A DNA stretch of 58,863 nt, filler included, from Streblomastix strix (taxonomy: Eukaryota): the NCBI GenBank assembly GCA_008636045.1. It is 3 parts of 3 records of this genome, joined end to end, with 100 filler letters (N's around TTAATTAATTAA, not from the genome) between each part and the next. Parts side by side here need not be neighbours in the genome. Positions count along the whole stretch, not along the records: positions 1 to 19,582 come from SNRW01000505.1; 2 more parts are not named here. The stretch is one strand, 5' to 3'. A model generated the notes under the pieces. That model saw only the letters and a list, made by a program, of their open reading frames with translations, searched no databases and had not been told where the DNA came from. This document shows, piece by piece, positions 1 to 13,740 of the stretch (its first letter is position 1; every line of letters begins with the position of its first letter). A program made the position numbers and the translations under genes.

Positions 1-2424
1 CCACAAGTTAAATAGAAATAAATATCAAATATAAATTAATCTCCTTAATAACTTAATCATGAACAGGAAATATAATTATCTCTTCCTCCTACCAAACTAA
101 CTTCACTTGATTAATTAAAATAAATTTAATAATAATTATAACCTTTGAATGAAATAGATAAATCCTCTTTAGAATTATTCAACTAACTTTCAAATGCATT
201 ATTTGCAGTTCGTTCAAATCAATCATAAGAATCATAAGAATAAGAAGGAATATCAGAAGAAATGAATAAAATAAATTAAGAAATAATTGAAAATACTTCA
301 AAAATAATATATAATATATTAAACACGAATGAAGATGTTGATTTAGCATCGCAATCAAACATCATTATTGAATTAATTGATCTTATCAAACGAATTCCAG
401 AAGAAAAATTAACAAAAGAAATAATTGAACTAATAAAATTGATTTGTACATATGGATCTGCTTAACAAACCCATTAATTATTCTAAATTGGAATAATTTA
501 GATTCTTACACAAAAATTGAAGAATAAAGATAAAGATATTCAAGAAAAAATCCTTTATTCATTAGTATAGATTATATAAAAAGGATGGCAATAACTTTAA
601 TAACAATCATCTTCTTCATCACAAACTCATTCATATTAACATCGTAATCCTTCTCTTCCTCATCCTTAATTGGGTTAATTAGAATAACAGAAATAATCTT
701 CTTCATCTTCATCTCTATCTCACTTATAATAACTTCTTAATCCTTCTCTTCCTCATCCTTATTTGACTTAATTAGAAGAATAATAAACAATAATAACAAT
801 AATATAAGATGTAATTTTGAATGATAAAAGCAATATTGAGAATAAGAAGATTGCTTGTGAACTTCTTGATGCTCTTTATCCAGAAGGAATCTAACTACCA
901 ATCAATCTCAAACCACAAGTAATCAAAATGTTTTGTGAATAATCATAATCTGAAGATAATGATAATAGAAAATATTCATTAAAGTCACTCTCATATTTAG
1001 CAGTTAATTAAGATAACCATAATTTAATTATTTCAGAAGGAGCAGTTGAAACTGTATCTGAATATATAGAGTTTGAAATATTGGAATTTATAAATATATA
1101 TTAAATTTAATTATTAATTCATAATAATATATTAAATTATAATTTATTTTTAATTATAATAATAGGAAAATGTCAGAAGAAGATATTGATTATATGGCAT
1201 TCATTAACTCTCTTGATTTTCTTTATAATCTCTTCATATTTGGCTCAAAATAAACATAACAAATTATTTAAAATTCAATATCAAAAGAAATACTTAATTA
1301 AGTTATAGATTATGAAGAAGTCAAATAAGTATTAGGTGCATATGCAAATCCAGATAAAATTAAAGAAATTGTAAAAATTGGGAGAAACATGTAAAATAAA
1401 AGTGAAGAATAATTGATTAAATTAATAAAATCAGGATTATTACAGATGATAAATGATATGATTTAAAGTACGATTTCAAGAGAAGATGGAGAATTAGAAA
1501 TAATTAGTATTAGTAAGAATATATTAGAACATATAATTTAGGATTCAGACATGATAAAAGTAATAATAAATAAAACTAAATTCTTTGATAATTATTTGCA
1601 TCTTCTTAACTCACTTCCTGTCAATAAATTAAAATCTGGATATTTATATATTCTTTATGATCATCTTAATAATTATACTATTGAATTAAATTAGAAACTA
1701 TATGAAAAAGGAATAATTCAATCAATGATAAAAATATTGGAATCTTAAGATAAAGATGTCAGAGAAAAATCAATTGATATAGTATTAAAAATAATTAAAA
1801 CAGGAGCGAACGAATTGAAAGAAGGATAATAACATCCATATCATAATTAATTATCATCAGATGGAACAATATCATAATTAATTCAATAGTTCAAAAATGA
1901 AGATGAATCACTCATACAATATAGTTTTGCATAAACATTTGCATATCTTTTCAGAACACTACCACTTCCTCCTGCAATCAAAAAAGAAATCGTTGATATG
2001 CTCAAAAATTATAATGACTTTGAATAACTTGCATTTATTGCTGAATGTTAAGGTATTAAAAATTTATTTATTTTATTTATTCATAATTAATAATCATTTT
2101 CGTTTATTATTATTATTTTATTTTATTTATTCAATAGAAAATCATGATGCAATTTTGGAAGAAAGCTTTGAAAGTGAACTATTTTAACATCGATTTTAAG
2201 CAATTGAATATCTTTAACTTACTCATAATCTTCTATAATTTGGATCAAACTCAAATTAGATAAAAGTTGCATTGGCTGTCAAAGATATAGTGGAAGGATT
2301 ATTGGTTGATGAATATTTGGATAAATTGATTCAGGAAAATAGTTTGATTTAAAGAGATTAGTTAAAATCAAAAGCAAAAGAAGTTCTAACAATGATAACG
2401 AAAATTATTGGAGAAAATAAATGA
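1..2424 (+). CDS. Hypothetical alpha-helical (ARM/HEAT-like) protein, 5'-partial, 2 introns
   Basis: Open with TAR=Gln. GT-AG introns 1071-1165 and 2053-2137 restore the frame; TGA at 2422-2424. Leu/Ile-rich helical segments; the fold is inferred. Confidence 0.75.
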
Positions 2425-4732
2425 AAATAATATGAATTATTAAAACGTAAATATATATATCTAAAGTAAGACAATTATCAGAGAATGTTTTATTCTGTAG
2501 AGCTTTATTTTTATTCTGTAGAGCATTTTTTTAATTTAATTATTTGAGCTTATTTTTTCTTCAACTTTGAAAATTTAAATAGTTTGTGATTGAATAAATG
2601 TGAACTCTAGGTTTGATAATATTTGAATTATATAAATAAAAAAGAAATAAAAAGAATTTAATTGTACCTTGAACTTTATTTTTTCAATTGCGTAGATATA
2701 ATGTTATTAATAGTGTTCTGCAATTTTGCCAAAATTGCCAAAATGTAGTTTTTTTGAATGGCGTAATTGCCAAATAGGAAATGATTGAAAACAAAAATTA
2801 ATAGAAAAAAAATATGCAAAAATTAACTATAAAAAACATTTATTAGTTTAAATTGTTATTTCATATAAATTTGATAATAATACATGTATTTCAAATTAAA
2901 TTTAATTTGATCTGGCAATTAAATAATAAGTTTTTTTTTAAAAAAATAAATTTTTTAAGCGATTTATTTCCATAGATAAATTATTAATAGGAGTTAATAT
3001 ATATGATTGTAATATATATTATAAATATAATTATAATAAATTATAAGGGCGATCATAATTATGTGTATCTATGAAGATATTGGCAGATAGCGGTGCATTT
3101 TCCACTTTGGGGAAAATTTTTAGCTTAGGCGCAATTTTGTCAAATGGCAATTTTTTCGCCAATAGGGAAAAAAAGCATTGACAAAGGCTAATTCATCGTC
3201 ATTAGCAATACATCTTAATTGCCTGGTTACTCAAATCAATAAGTAACAATAAATTCTATAAGAAGATAATAATTTCAAAATATTCAATGTCATGTTGGCC
3301 TAACGAACACACTGGAAAACAAATTTTTTTTATAAACTACAAATTTATATGTTAATTCTAATAGTATATATATGAAATGGAAATACATTCGTAAAATCTT
3401 TAATAAAAGGTATTTCAACAAGTTATTACCAGCTTATAACGAATAAAATGTTTAATTTACATTTTCCAATATATTCATAGTATGAATTAGTTTGTATTTT
3501 TCATATTTGATTTATTTTCTTCTTATTTAATAAATTTATACAACTTTTCAAACAAATTACCAGTTGTACATTTCAGCGTAATAATTTTTGTTTTTATCAT
3601 TCATGTCATACTTTTACTTTAAAATTTATGCTATATTAATTTAATTTGCACATTTTAAGTTCAATTATGAATAATTTAATAAATGATTTCTATTATACAT
3701 CCGGTATTTTAGTTAAGAAACTCATTTTGATAAAATTGCTTATTTCTCTTAACACTTCCACTTTATTTATTTATCTTTATTCTGAACCAATTATATTCTT
3801 ATGAAATACCTATTAATATTACATACAAATATAAATTTTACACACCCAGCACTTTCTGATTTTTTATATAATTTTTTATTATTTTATTTTCTTGCTATCT
3901 CAACTAAATGATTCTTTCAGTTTGTGCTGATACATATAACAGTGTGTTTATCATAAATGCATTAATTTTATATTATTAAGATCTTTATATTTGGCTTATT
4001 TTACAATTACTTTTCCATTTTTATTAATTTTTTATCTTTAAAGTTTCAATAAAAACATATACAATAAATATAATATATATGAATTGTCTTTCATTTTATT
4101 AGTATAATGAGCTATATATGAAAATATTAAAAATTTCCATAATTATACTATTATTCTTCGGAAAATTGAAATAAATAATTTTACTATATTTTTCACCACC
4201 CTATAAATAATAAATTTGCCCAAAATTTATTTTTTACTTGCAATTACGCCTGCCATAAAATAAAATTTGGCAAAATTACATGTCTTTGGTTATTAATACT
4301 AAAATTGCAGATAAACCTTAAAATGTAAAATTAGTTGTATTTATCTTATATTATTCTTAAAGTATAAAATTAAATGTGTTGATACTTAATTTACTGCTGA
4401 AACATTCTTGAAGAATTAGTTTACTTTCACGCTGATATCTATTTCTTCTTCGTATTTGTTGATGCAACTCGTTGACAATAACTCTTTATCGATAATTCGT
4501 AAATTCTTACTTATCAATTAATTTAGGTTAATTTCCTTATCTTATCACTATTTTACCATATGGGTAAAAATTTTGGCATTTCAAAAATTTAATAGAAATG
4601 TGTAACTTTTCATTTCATCAATAAAATAATATTTAATATTTAATACAAATTATATTTAATGACGTGTAAAATAAGTGAATTAGTAAAAAAAAATTTTTTT
4701 AAATAAATTTATGATTTTTCCAAATTTAAAAA

Positions 4733-5400
4733 ATGGACTCGACCGCTACTCTATTACAATAACAGTTTACAAAATTTTATTTAGTGCATCGTTTAATTTT
4801 AATTTATTAGTCATTATCTAATTACTACTTTAATTCCATCTGTAGAATTTTTTACTTAAACAAAAAAGGATGGAACTCCTCGAGAACCAGTTAAAACTTT
4901 ACGAACGTTTATTACTGCTGTTGATGATTGACAGCTTGAGACTCCAATGATTGATCTAAAACACCATTCACAAACAGCGTGGAATTAGCTGTTTTTTTGA
5001 ATTACTACCTTAATTAACTCGAGGTACAGTTAACGAAACTTTAAGTTATCTAGTTGAACAAACTTTTCCTCGAAAGAATTTAAAGTAGAATATTATTAAA
5101 TTTTATTAAGGTTATCTAATAAGTATTAAATAATTTTTTATAAATTATCTTAAAATATTTTACGTAATAATAAAATAAAAAATGAAAAAAAAACTGAATG
5201 AAAAAAAATAAAATTCTTATGAATTATATAAACAGCATTAAAAAAGTCACAACATTCGTTTTGCACCTGAATATATAGAAAAAGCAGAAGATGAAGTTTT
5301 TGGTAAGAATTAAGAAAGTAAATTAAGAAAAAGAATGGATAAAAGTAGCCAACGATTAATATCTCGATCTCATTAAAAGAACTATTTATAATTATTTCTG
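4733..5400 (+). pseudogene. Two small, decayed, intronless ORF remnants, possibly accessory genes of the adjacent viral element
   Basis: ATG at 4733 (MDSTATLL...GTPREPVKTLRTFITAVDD*QLETP) and ATG near 5182 (MKKKLNE...HNIRFAPEYIEKAEDE); internal TGA present. Confidence 0.3.
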
Positions 5401-6399
5401 TAACTTCATTCGTTTCGTTAATTTATTTTGTTATAATCCAAATTCATTTAGTATACCTGTTCAAAATAAATAAATTTAACAAAAGAAAAGATACTGAAAA
5501 ATTTCATATCATTATTATATCTCATGTTTTGTCTTTCCTACTGACTTTCTCGAATCTTTAAAACTGTATTAATAAAACTATTAAACATATTATTATGTTT
5601 AAAACATGAAACGTATAGTTAATATAAGATATATATTTATCATAAATATGTTATATACATACCAATTTAACTTCAAGAACTAATTGGTACTATTTTTATA
5701 ATCTACAATAAAGGAATATAGACAGTCATGATGAAAATATTTAAAAAAAATTAAATATTATAGTAATGATTATTAAAACAAGTTCAAAATTATATAATAT
5801 ATACTAAGTTACTATTATAATAAATAATAAGTAGTAAATACAACATAAAAATAATTCAATTCAATTATAATTGAAAATTTATAAAAGTAAAAATAAATAA
5901 TGATTTATCTACCATAAAATATAAAATTTATTTATTGCATTCACGATAATAAATTATAATAACTAGATAGAAAATATTTTTTTTTTAATAATATTGTAAC
6001 TTAGTATATTGTATCGCTTCGAGATAGTAATTGCAAATAATCGATATAGATATAGCTAATTATTATAAATTAATATCAAATATTTGATTTACTTGTAATT
6101 TGTAAAAGATTAATAATACGTAATATACAAATTCATGCTGCTAAAAGTTGAAATTTACATTTTTCTCCAAATCAGCATATTACTATAATATCTTTTTAGA
6201 TTACATTTAAAAAAACAGTTATTAACACTATTTTCTAAAGCTTAGATTTTTAAAGATTTTTAGAATTAAATGAAGAGTTTTTTTAATTTTTTAATAAGTG
6301 CAACTTTTTTTATAAGTTCATTGACATTACATATTATAATAAATTAAGATTATTGTAATAACATTTGTGAATGATAGTATGAATGACATGAAGATAAAA

Positions 6400-7870
6400 A
6401 TGGATCAATTTCTGATCAGAATAAGTTAATAATTAATAATTCATAACATGATTATATTTGTCAATATTAGAATGAAATTTTAGTATATTCAATAAGGATG
6501 GAGGTGTTTATTTCAATATCAAAATCCATATTTGTATTATTATTTCCATTTTCATGAACTAAATATTTCACTTTATTTAAATAAGAACTACTTATCTCTC
6601 TATATTTCACATTCTTTCAATTTGTTCTACTTTTTTATCCTTTGTCAATCATTTATTCATTTTCATTTGGGAGAAGATGGTTGTAAAGATGGTAATAGTG
6701 TAAAATTAGGTTATAGGATATAATACCAATTAGATTATAAAATAAATTATAGATATTAATGGAAATTAGATTATGTAAAAATCAATGGATAAGAAAATAA
6801 ATTTGATTAAGGATTATATCACTAATGAAATAGTGAATTAAGAGATTAAGGAATTAAGGTGGGAAAGGAAAAAAAAATTATTTTATTAATCTAAATATTA
6901 TGAATATAACGTTGAATTTGTCGGATATGAAGAAGTAAATGGGATTAGTTACAATAGATTGTATAATTATTGAAACGGAAATATTATAAATATTAATTGG
7001 AGATTTTCCTGATTGATTTTGATTAGGATGTTATATACTAATTGGTTTGGTATAGTGTCATTCATTTGGTGATAAAAAACGTTGAATTTATTTCTTTATT
7101 TTATAACTCTCTTATTATCTCATTCAATAAATTTATTGTATTTTTATTCATTCAATTTCTTATCATTATATTTATATTTTTATTTTTAATATCAATAGAG
7201 ATAATAACTTCAGCGAATCTGTTAAACATGTCGAAGGTTCGTAATTGGATGAAATTTCCTATAATTATTATCTTTTAATAATTATTACTTCAAATTATTT
7301 AAATATATATTTTATAATTTAACATTCATCTTGATTAATTTTTTCTTTCTATTATTAATTTTAATCTTCATCTTGATAATTATAATTTAATGTTTGTTAT
7401 TCATTTGTTCTTTCATCAGATCTTTATTTCCAGTTTTATTTATCACTATTTTTTTAAAGTTTATTGAATATTCTTTAAGATATATTACTTAAACGATTGA
7501 TTGATGATACGGTGCTCAATATTCTAGAATTTATAAAAGTCCTATTATCAAATAAATTAAGTAATTATGTTGAAGGATAATTTATTAGATTTTTTAAATA
7601 TTAATATTTGAATATTATATTTTGGTGAATTAGATATTATATTTATTGTTATTTTTAGTTCATTTATTATTCAAATTAGATTATTGAATGATTTTCATCA
7701 TTACTCTTGCAATTATCTTAAATTTCATATACAGATTTCAATTCTTTATCAATTTCAGATTCCAGTTTATTTGCAGGATCAAACTCCATCGAATTCCAAT
7801 AATTAACTTCATCAAGAATACACATCAGTTCAATTTTCGCAATGCATCTGGCATGACTGGGAAACATCGA
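6400..7870 (-). pseudogene. Decayed low-complexity host-like gene remnant
   Basis: MFPSHARCIAKIELMCILDEVNYWNSMEFDP... followed by several TGA codons and S/Q/N-rich sequence; boundaries approximate. Confidence 0.3.
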
Positions 7871-9379
7871 TCATTGTCATATTTAATTTAGTCGTAGTAC
7901 GTGTCTTATTTCACTACTACATTAAAAATTATATAAAAAATTAATTAAATATGAAAATTTTATTAAAAAAATCTATTTTACAGAAAAAAAGGAATTAAAT
8001 ATTTAATTTTTATTTAAAAAAATATTCTTCTAAAGATTTTATTTGGGAATGAAGATTTTTTTATAATGTTTATATATACATTTAATATTTTTAATAAAAA
8101 AGATAATTAATATCATACCAGAAAAAAGCGATATGAAGTTGCAATCAAAAATAAATCATAACTCTTGCAATTCAGCAAAGTCATAGTCACCAATTAATTT
8201 ATAAATATTTAAAGTATAAAATATAAATTTAAAAAAACTTATAAACGAAAAACTTATGTTAATATTTATTATTGCTAGTTTTTAGTGCCAGTATAACAAA
8301 ATTAAAACATTAATCTTTTATTTATGTTATCACTTAGTAATTTAATTTTAATATTTTGTATTTCTTAATAATACAGCTATTGCAGTTACAAAGATGTAGT
8401 ATTATCGAACAGTGTACGAATTTTAGGAATTATGTTGTAGTTATTTAAAGTATTGAGTATACTGATGCTCGAAAGATATTCAATTATTTAATATTTTTGT
8501 AAGTTATTCACCACTGCTTTATATAATTGTCCGTTTGATGAAATCTTCGCGCTGCAATAAAAGTTTAAAACTCCTACACTGTTATTATTTCTACCAATTG
8601 ATTAATAAAAGTTTGCTTATGAGGTTAAACGAGCAAGGAAAAAGTTCTGACTATAAGGTGAATTTACAAATAAAAATAATATAAGACCAAAAAAGTATAT
8701 AAATTGTACTGATTCTGTTGATACAATAGAAAAATGTATTGATTTTATTATAAATGGACAAAGATGCAAAGCATTAAAAATACTATTTAGTTTTGAAATA
8801 GCGGTTGAAGAGTTTCGATCATGATAAAAATGAAAATTAAGTTGTTAATTATAAATATCTTTTATCAAAATATTCAAGATAATATATGCTTACTCCGAAA
8901 AATATTTCATACTGTATGACAGAAAAAATTCTGCTCTTTTATTTTTTTTTGCTTCACTTTCTGATTGTTCACCATGCTGAAGACTTCAGTCAAGTACTGC
9001 TTATAATTCATATATAAATAAATATATTAAAATAAATTTTAAGGAAATGAATAAAATAATATCTATAATCAACTTGAAAATGTGAAAACATTTACTTGAT
9101 TGTTCACAGTAAACAATATTACATTCATTTGAATAAAATAAAATAAATTAATTGAAAATTATTTAGTTCAAAATATTAAAGAAAAAAAAATATAAAATTG
9201 AATAAGTATACATCATTTATGACGAGTAACTGAATTATTCAAAAATTTCAATACTAAATAACATTAAAATAGAAAATCTATTTATATATATTTTTTATAA
9301 TGTAAATATTTTATTTAAAATCTTTATGGATTTTAAATTAATTTTAAAGTTTTAATATTTAAGTGAAAAAATATTTTTT

Positions 9380-9684
9380 TACAAAAGATTTGATTTCTCT
9401 TCGAAGGAGTCGAAGCTGCACGTGGTATAAATTTCAGGGAATATTAGGGTAAGTTGTTCATCAAATGCAGCAATTTGCCCAATAACGATTTTTTGGAATG
9501 AAAATCACTCAACTATTACTATTTCAGAAAGTTAATTAACATATCCATATCCAATTCATTTATACAAATTCGAATTTTTTTTTATTTCCCCGAGCACCCT
9601 GTGAAGATTATCCTACCTATTATCAGTATTAATTCGAAGAATATCGTATATTTCTTTACAATTAATAAATTTAATAATTTTCAT
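9380..9684 (-). pseudogene. Small hypothetical viral protein (~100 aa)
   Basis: MKIIKFINCKEIYDILRINTDN...LYK*IGYGYVNQLSEIVIVE*FSFQKIVIG; immediately downstream of the ATPase, two in-frame TGA. Confidence 0.4.
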
Positions 9685-9739
9685 AAACAAAAATAAAAAA
9701 ATTTTGTACTAAATTAAATTTTGCAATAAATATAATTTT

Positions 9740-10545
9740 TAATTTATGACCATAATTGAGTGCATAAGTTCCATTTAACTTATTTCAGATAACTAATCCA
9801 ACTTTATTTAAAGTAAAGTGCAGCAGCATAGATTCACCAAAATCAAGGATTTTAATTGATGTTTCTTCATATGACTGTTTGGGGTCAGATTCACCAAAAT
9901 AAATTCTATCTTTATGTTATAAATAAAATTGCATTTTTTGAAATTCTTGAATCCGAAACCAAATAATTAACTATTTTTGCTAATGTAGAACAAAAATGTT
10001 ATATATCAGTATTGGATCCAATATCATCAAAAAGCCCCAATGTACGCAACATTTATGCCTTCACAAGTACTGGAATTTTCACTACTTTAATGTCAATTGC
10101 ATATTTATCAACAATTACTTTTGGATATTTTTCATATCTAATATTTTAAATTAATGGGGAAATTTCAAATTGAAATATTTTTTGAATGACTTACATTATT
10201 TATTAATGGTTTCTATAACATATTATATGAACAAATTAACAGTACGTTTTAAATAATTCTCGGTGACCTCATCCATTTTACAAAATTTTATGATATTTTA
10301 TTTCTTCGACTCGTTTTACAAAAATTACTTAAGTATTTAATCATAATTTATGCAATATAAACTATTAATACACTACTTTGCTGACTAATTAATTTTATTG
10401 TTGTTTTACCACTACCAACAGCTCCAACAATACATCAATTTCAATTAACAATGAAATAAAAGTTTTTGGCTAGTTGTTTAGTTCAATATTCGTATTTTAA
10501 ATCTTGTTTTGAATACGTTGCGTTTTGTATCTCATGTTGCGACAT
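9740..10545 (-). pseudogene. A32-like (FtsK/HerA) DNA packaging ATPase
   Basis: Walker A CIVGAVGSGKTT (~10400-10435), Walker B LGLFDD (~10024-10041), then D-S-R and ILFITQ matching the Arg and Gln motifs of A32-type ATPases. In-frame TGAs near the N-terminus. Confidence 0.8.
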
Positions 10546-10999
10546 TTTAAAAAATTGTAATATAAATTTATTGAATTTGATAAAAGAAATAATGAATTAA
10601 ATATTTTATAGAACAATTTTTATTTTTTCTATTTATAAATATCAATTCTTGAATAACTTTCCGATTTTGTAAAATTTAACAGAATTACATTGTGAATATT
10701 TCAATATTGTTTTGGTTGAAATAAATGTATCAATATGTGTGAAATTTTTTAAATAAAGGATAAATCTGTAAAGATTAGCAGAAAATGCATTGGATAGGAC
10801 TCAGTAGCGGGTAAATTGAACATTTTTTAGATAACACTATTAAATAAAAAGATTTGGAGTATACTATATATTGGTGTTATATTTTAAATTTAAAGTTATT
10901 AGACGAACCAAAATAACAAAAATTTTGATTTGAATTAAATGGAGCAAATAGTTTTTTAACCATAAACATTAGCTATTAATATGATACAACAGATTATGA

Positions 11000-11886
11000 G
11001 ATGTTCAAAATATTTGAAGTATTAATTGTGAGTAATGAAATTATTGAAAGGTAAAAATAAATTTGTTAGAAATTTTAAAGCTAATATTTCGTTCTCGAAT
11101 AATTATAAGATAATACAGTGTAAATAATAGAATATATACATTACATCAAATTATTGATGAGAATAAATTCATCTGATAATAACTGACCAAACAATTATTT
11201 TATATGTCATTTAAAAAATCATACTTGAATTATTTTTCCTGTTCATTTGCTTCTGATATAATGTATTTTTTTATTTATTATGGCTAATTGATCTAGTTTA
11301 ACTATTTATTATAATATTATCTATTTTTGTAATATTTTTCTTGCTCGTTGAATAGTTTATTTTTATATTCTTCTTTATATACATATCGCTTCACCTGTTG
11401 TAATTTGTTCTACTAATTCAAAAACCACTTTTTTATTAATGTACGTTCTTAGAGTAATGGACGTAATATTATCTCTTTATCTTTTATTAATAGGTTTTTA
11501 AAGTGCATCAATTGATGCTCTTATAGAATCATAATTTTCAAAATTTTTCCTCATTACTTCATTGAATAATTATTTTATAGGGTCCTTACATGATACTATT
11601 TGTTAAGAAATAAATTTCAGATTTTCGAAAAAATTAATAGCTTATTTTTATATTCTTCTTCATCTACCATCTTCTTTATATTTTATAATTATTGCTATTG
11701 ATTAGTGAACATTTTATTGATTCTCATTAATTCTTAGAATAATGGATGGATTGATTCTTTTATATCATTCTTTAGCAAATTTTATAATGCTTCAATTGTA
11801 ACTTTAATTGTATCGTTATCATTAAAGTGAGATTTGACTAATTCATTGAATAATTGTTTGATTGGCTAGGTTTATTATTTATCCAT
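11000..11886 (-). pseudogene. Hypothetical viral protein with an internal duplicated helical motif
   Basis: ATG at 11886; KQLFNELVKSHFNDNDTIKVTIEALQNL and KQLFNEVMRKNFENYDSIRASIDALQKP. 3' boundary approximate. Confidence 0.4.
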
Positions 11887-11911
11887 TTTTGTAAAAATAA
11901 ACGTTAATGCG

Positions 11912-13162
11912 TCAAGGAGGTACTGACCCCATAGTTATTGGTTTAGCTCGCCAATATAATTTAGCAGCATCACTATAGAATCCACCTTCTGTTCCAGTAC
12001 TATTTACTCCCAATAATATTGGATTACCAGCTGAATATCTCATTAACCTGTTATTACTCAGCTTTATTTAGTTGGATGGACTCTAAAGAATATTTAATAT
12101 GATTCATTAGTAGCTTTTGTTATTCGTATTCCATCGTCGCAATTATCACAAATAGAAATTATTTAAATAAAATTATTGAATACAATTATACCTGTTATCG
12201 TTAAGTCAGTAGCAATAGTAATGTAATTATCGGCTATTGCTGTTATATCACCATTAGCGCATAATATTTCTTTGGCTAATTCTCCAGTTTTAATAAATTT
12301 AGTTGCAGTTATGTTACCATCATAAGTTAATTATTATGAATCTACATGGTGATTTCTACAATAATAATCACTAGTATCATTGGCTGCAGCAATAGCATTT
12401 ATTAATGGATCAGTTGCAATAGTTGGATCAACATTTAATGGATGTTAATTAGTATCACTAGCTTAAATATTTGAAGTACCAACTGTTCCAGTTCCAATAT
12501 CTTTTATTGGAACTCCAACACTAAGATTTTCATGATGCATATTGTCTGATCTTGCATAAGTAGTTGCAACATCTTCTTCACCAATTGCAGTATCTTTTCC
12601 TGGTAAAGCAGTGGAAACTTATAAAGGATGTTAATGGTCACCTCTTGTATATTCATTACTAGTCCTTGCACTACCATTTACTATAGGTAATTATGGTATC
12701 GCATCACTTGCTGGGGTTACTTAATCAGGTACTATATCACCACTATTATACCAATTAGCCTCAAACATCCATATTGTTCCACTTTCTGCACTAAATGCAA
12801 AATCTCCACTATCTAGATTAGGCAAGTTTTATATAACTCTATTCCCCAAATAATATCCTCAAAAATGTATCTATCGTGCAAGCTCTTACAATATAGTTTA
12901 TATTTCATTTTTCGATCCATATATATCTTATTCTACCGCTCCTATTGAAGACTATAACAACTTTACTTCATAGATTGGTTGGTAAATTTTTAGCTACAAA
13001 GTCAAAATTGATAACCGTTAACTTTTTTATTTGCTAGTAGTCCATTTGGTGCTGTTTTTAGTGCAAACCAGCTGCATAACCTTCAATTATATAATTATTT
13101 GCTGCATATACCAATGCATTATCATTATTTATATACAATTATTATTCATCATTTTGCATCAT
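11912..13162 (-). pseudogene. Tail-fibre-like virion protein
   Basis: G/T/A-rich repeats YTRGDHQHP, YARSDNMHH, ASDTNQHP, YCRNHHVD, then ITATKFIKTG...ILCANG; ends GGFYSDAAKLYWRAKPITMGSVPP-TGA(11912). Internal stop and probable frameshift. Confidence 0.6.
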
Positions 13163-13509
13163 TCATCCGCTAGAGCTTCCCCTTTTTTGATACTATATAT
13201 ACTATGCTATATTTTCAGTAATGAATTATCAAACAGTTCGGAATTGTTGCTCCTATAACGAATTAGTTAAGTAATCATTTTAGTTTTACAATAATAATAA
13301 AAAAGGAATCCATATCATAACGTAAGACATTAATGGAAATGATTAATCATACCGTCTCCTTTAGAGTCCTTAATCATTAATCGCAACCATTAATCATATG
13401 AATTTGCATGTACTTTGTTAATTATGCGGTCTTTTACAGTAAAGGAATGCGAAGCAATACGAAAATAATTAATTATTGTCACTAATCATGGATATTCTTC
13501 GAATTTCTA

Positions 13510-13716
13510 TCACAATCTATTCTCCAATTTCTCTACAGATCCAGTAAGATTAGTCCCAGTACCTTGTGTTCCACCAATTCCTGGGTGTATCATTCTAACA
13601 GGACCAGATAAAATAAATATTACTTTATGAAGAGTAAGTGCTACACATTATGCTGCATGTTTAATTCCTCCAAATATTTTACTTCCGATGTTTGCGATAC
13701 CGCTGAAAAATCTAAT
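13510..13716 (-). pseudogene. Small Gly-rich amphipathic protein, adenovirus pVI-like membrane-active candidate
   Basis: FFSGIANIGSKIFGGIKHAAQCVALTLHKVIFILSGPVRMIHPGIGGTQG...ENRL-TGA, 69 codons; the start codon appears mutated (ATT). Confidence 0.5.
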
Positions 13717-13740
13717 TTAATTATTTTTATAATTATTAAA

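Noticed and set aside
2489..2524. Short direct repeat TTTATTCTGTAGAGC x2
   Set aside because: Likely a local slippage duplication with no supporting structure.
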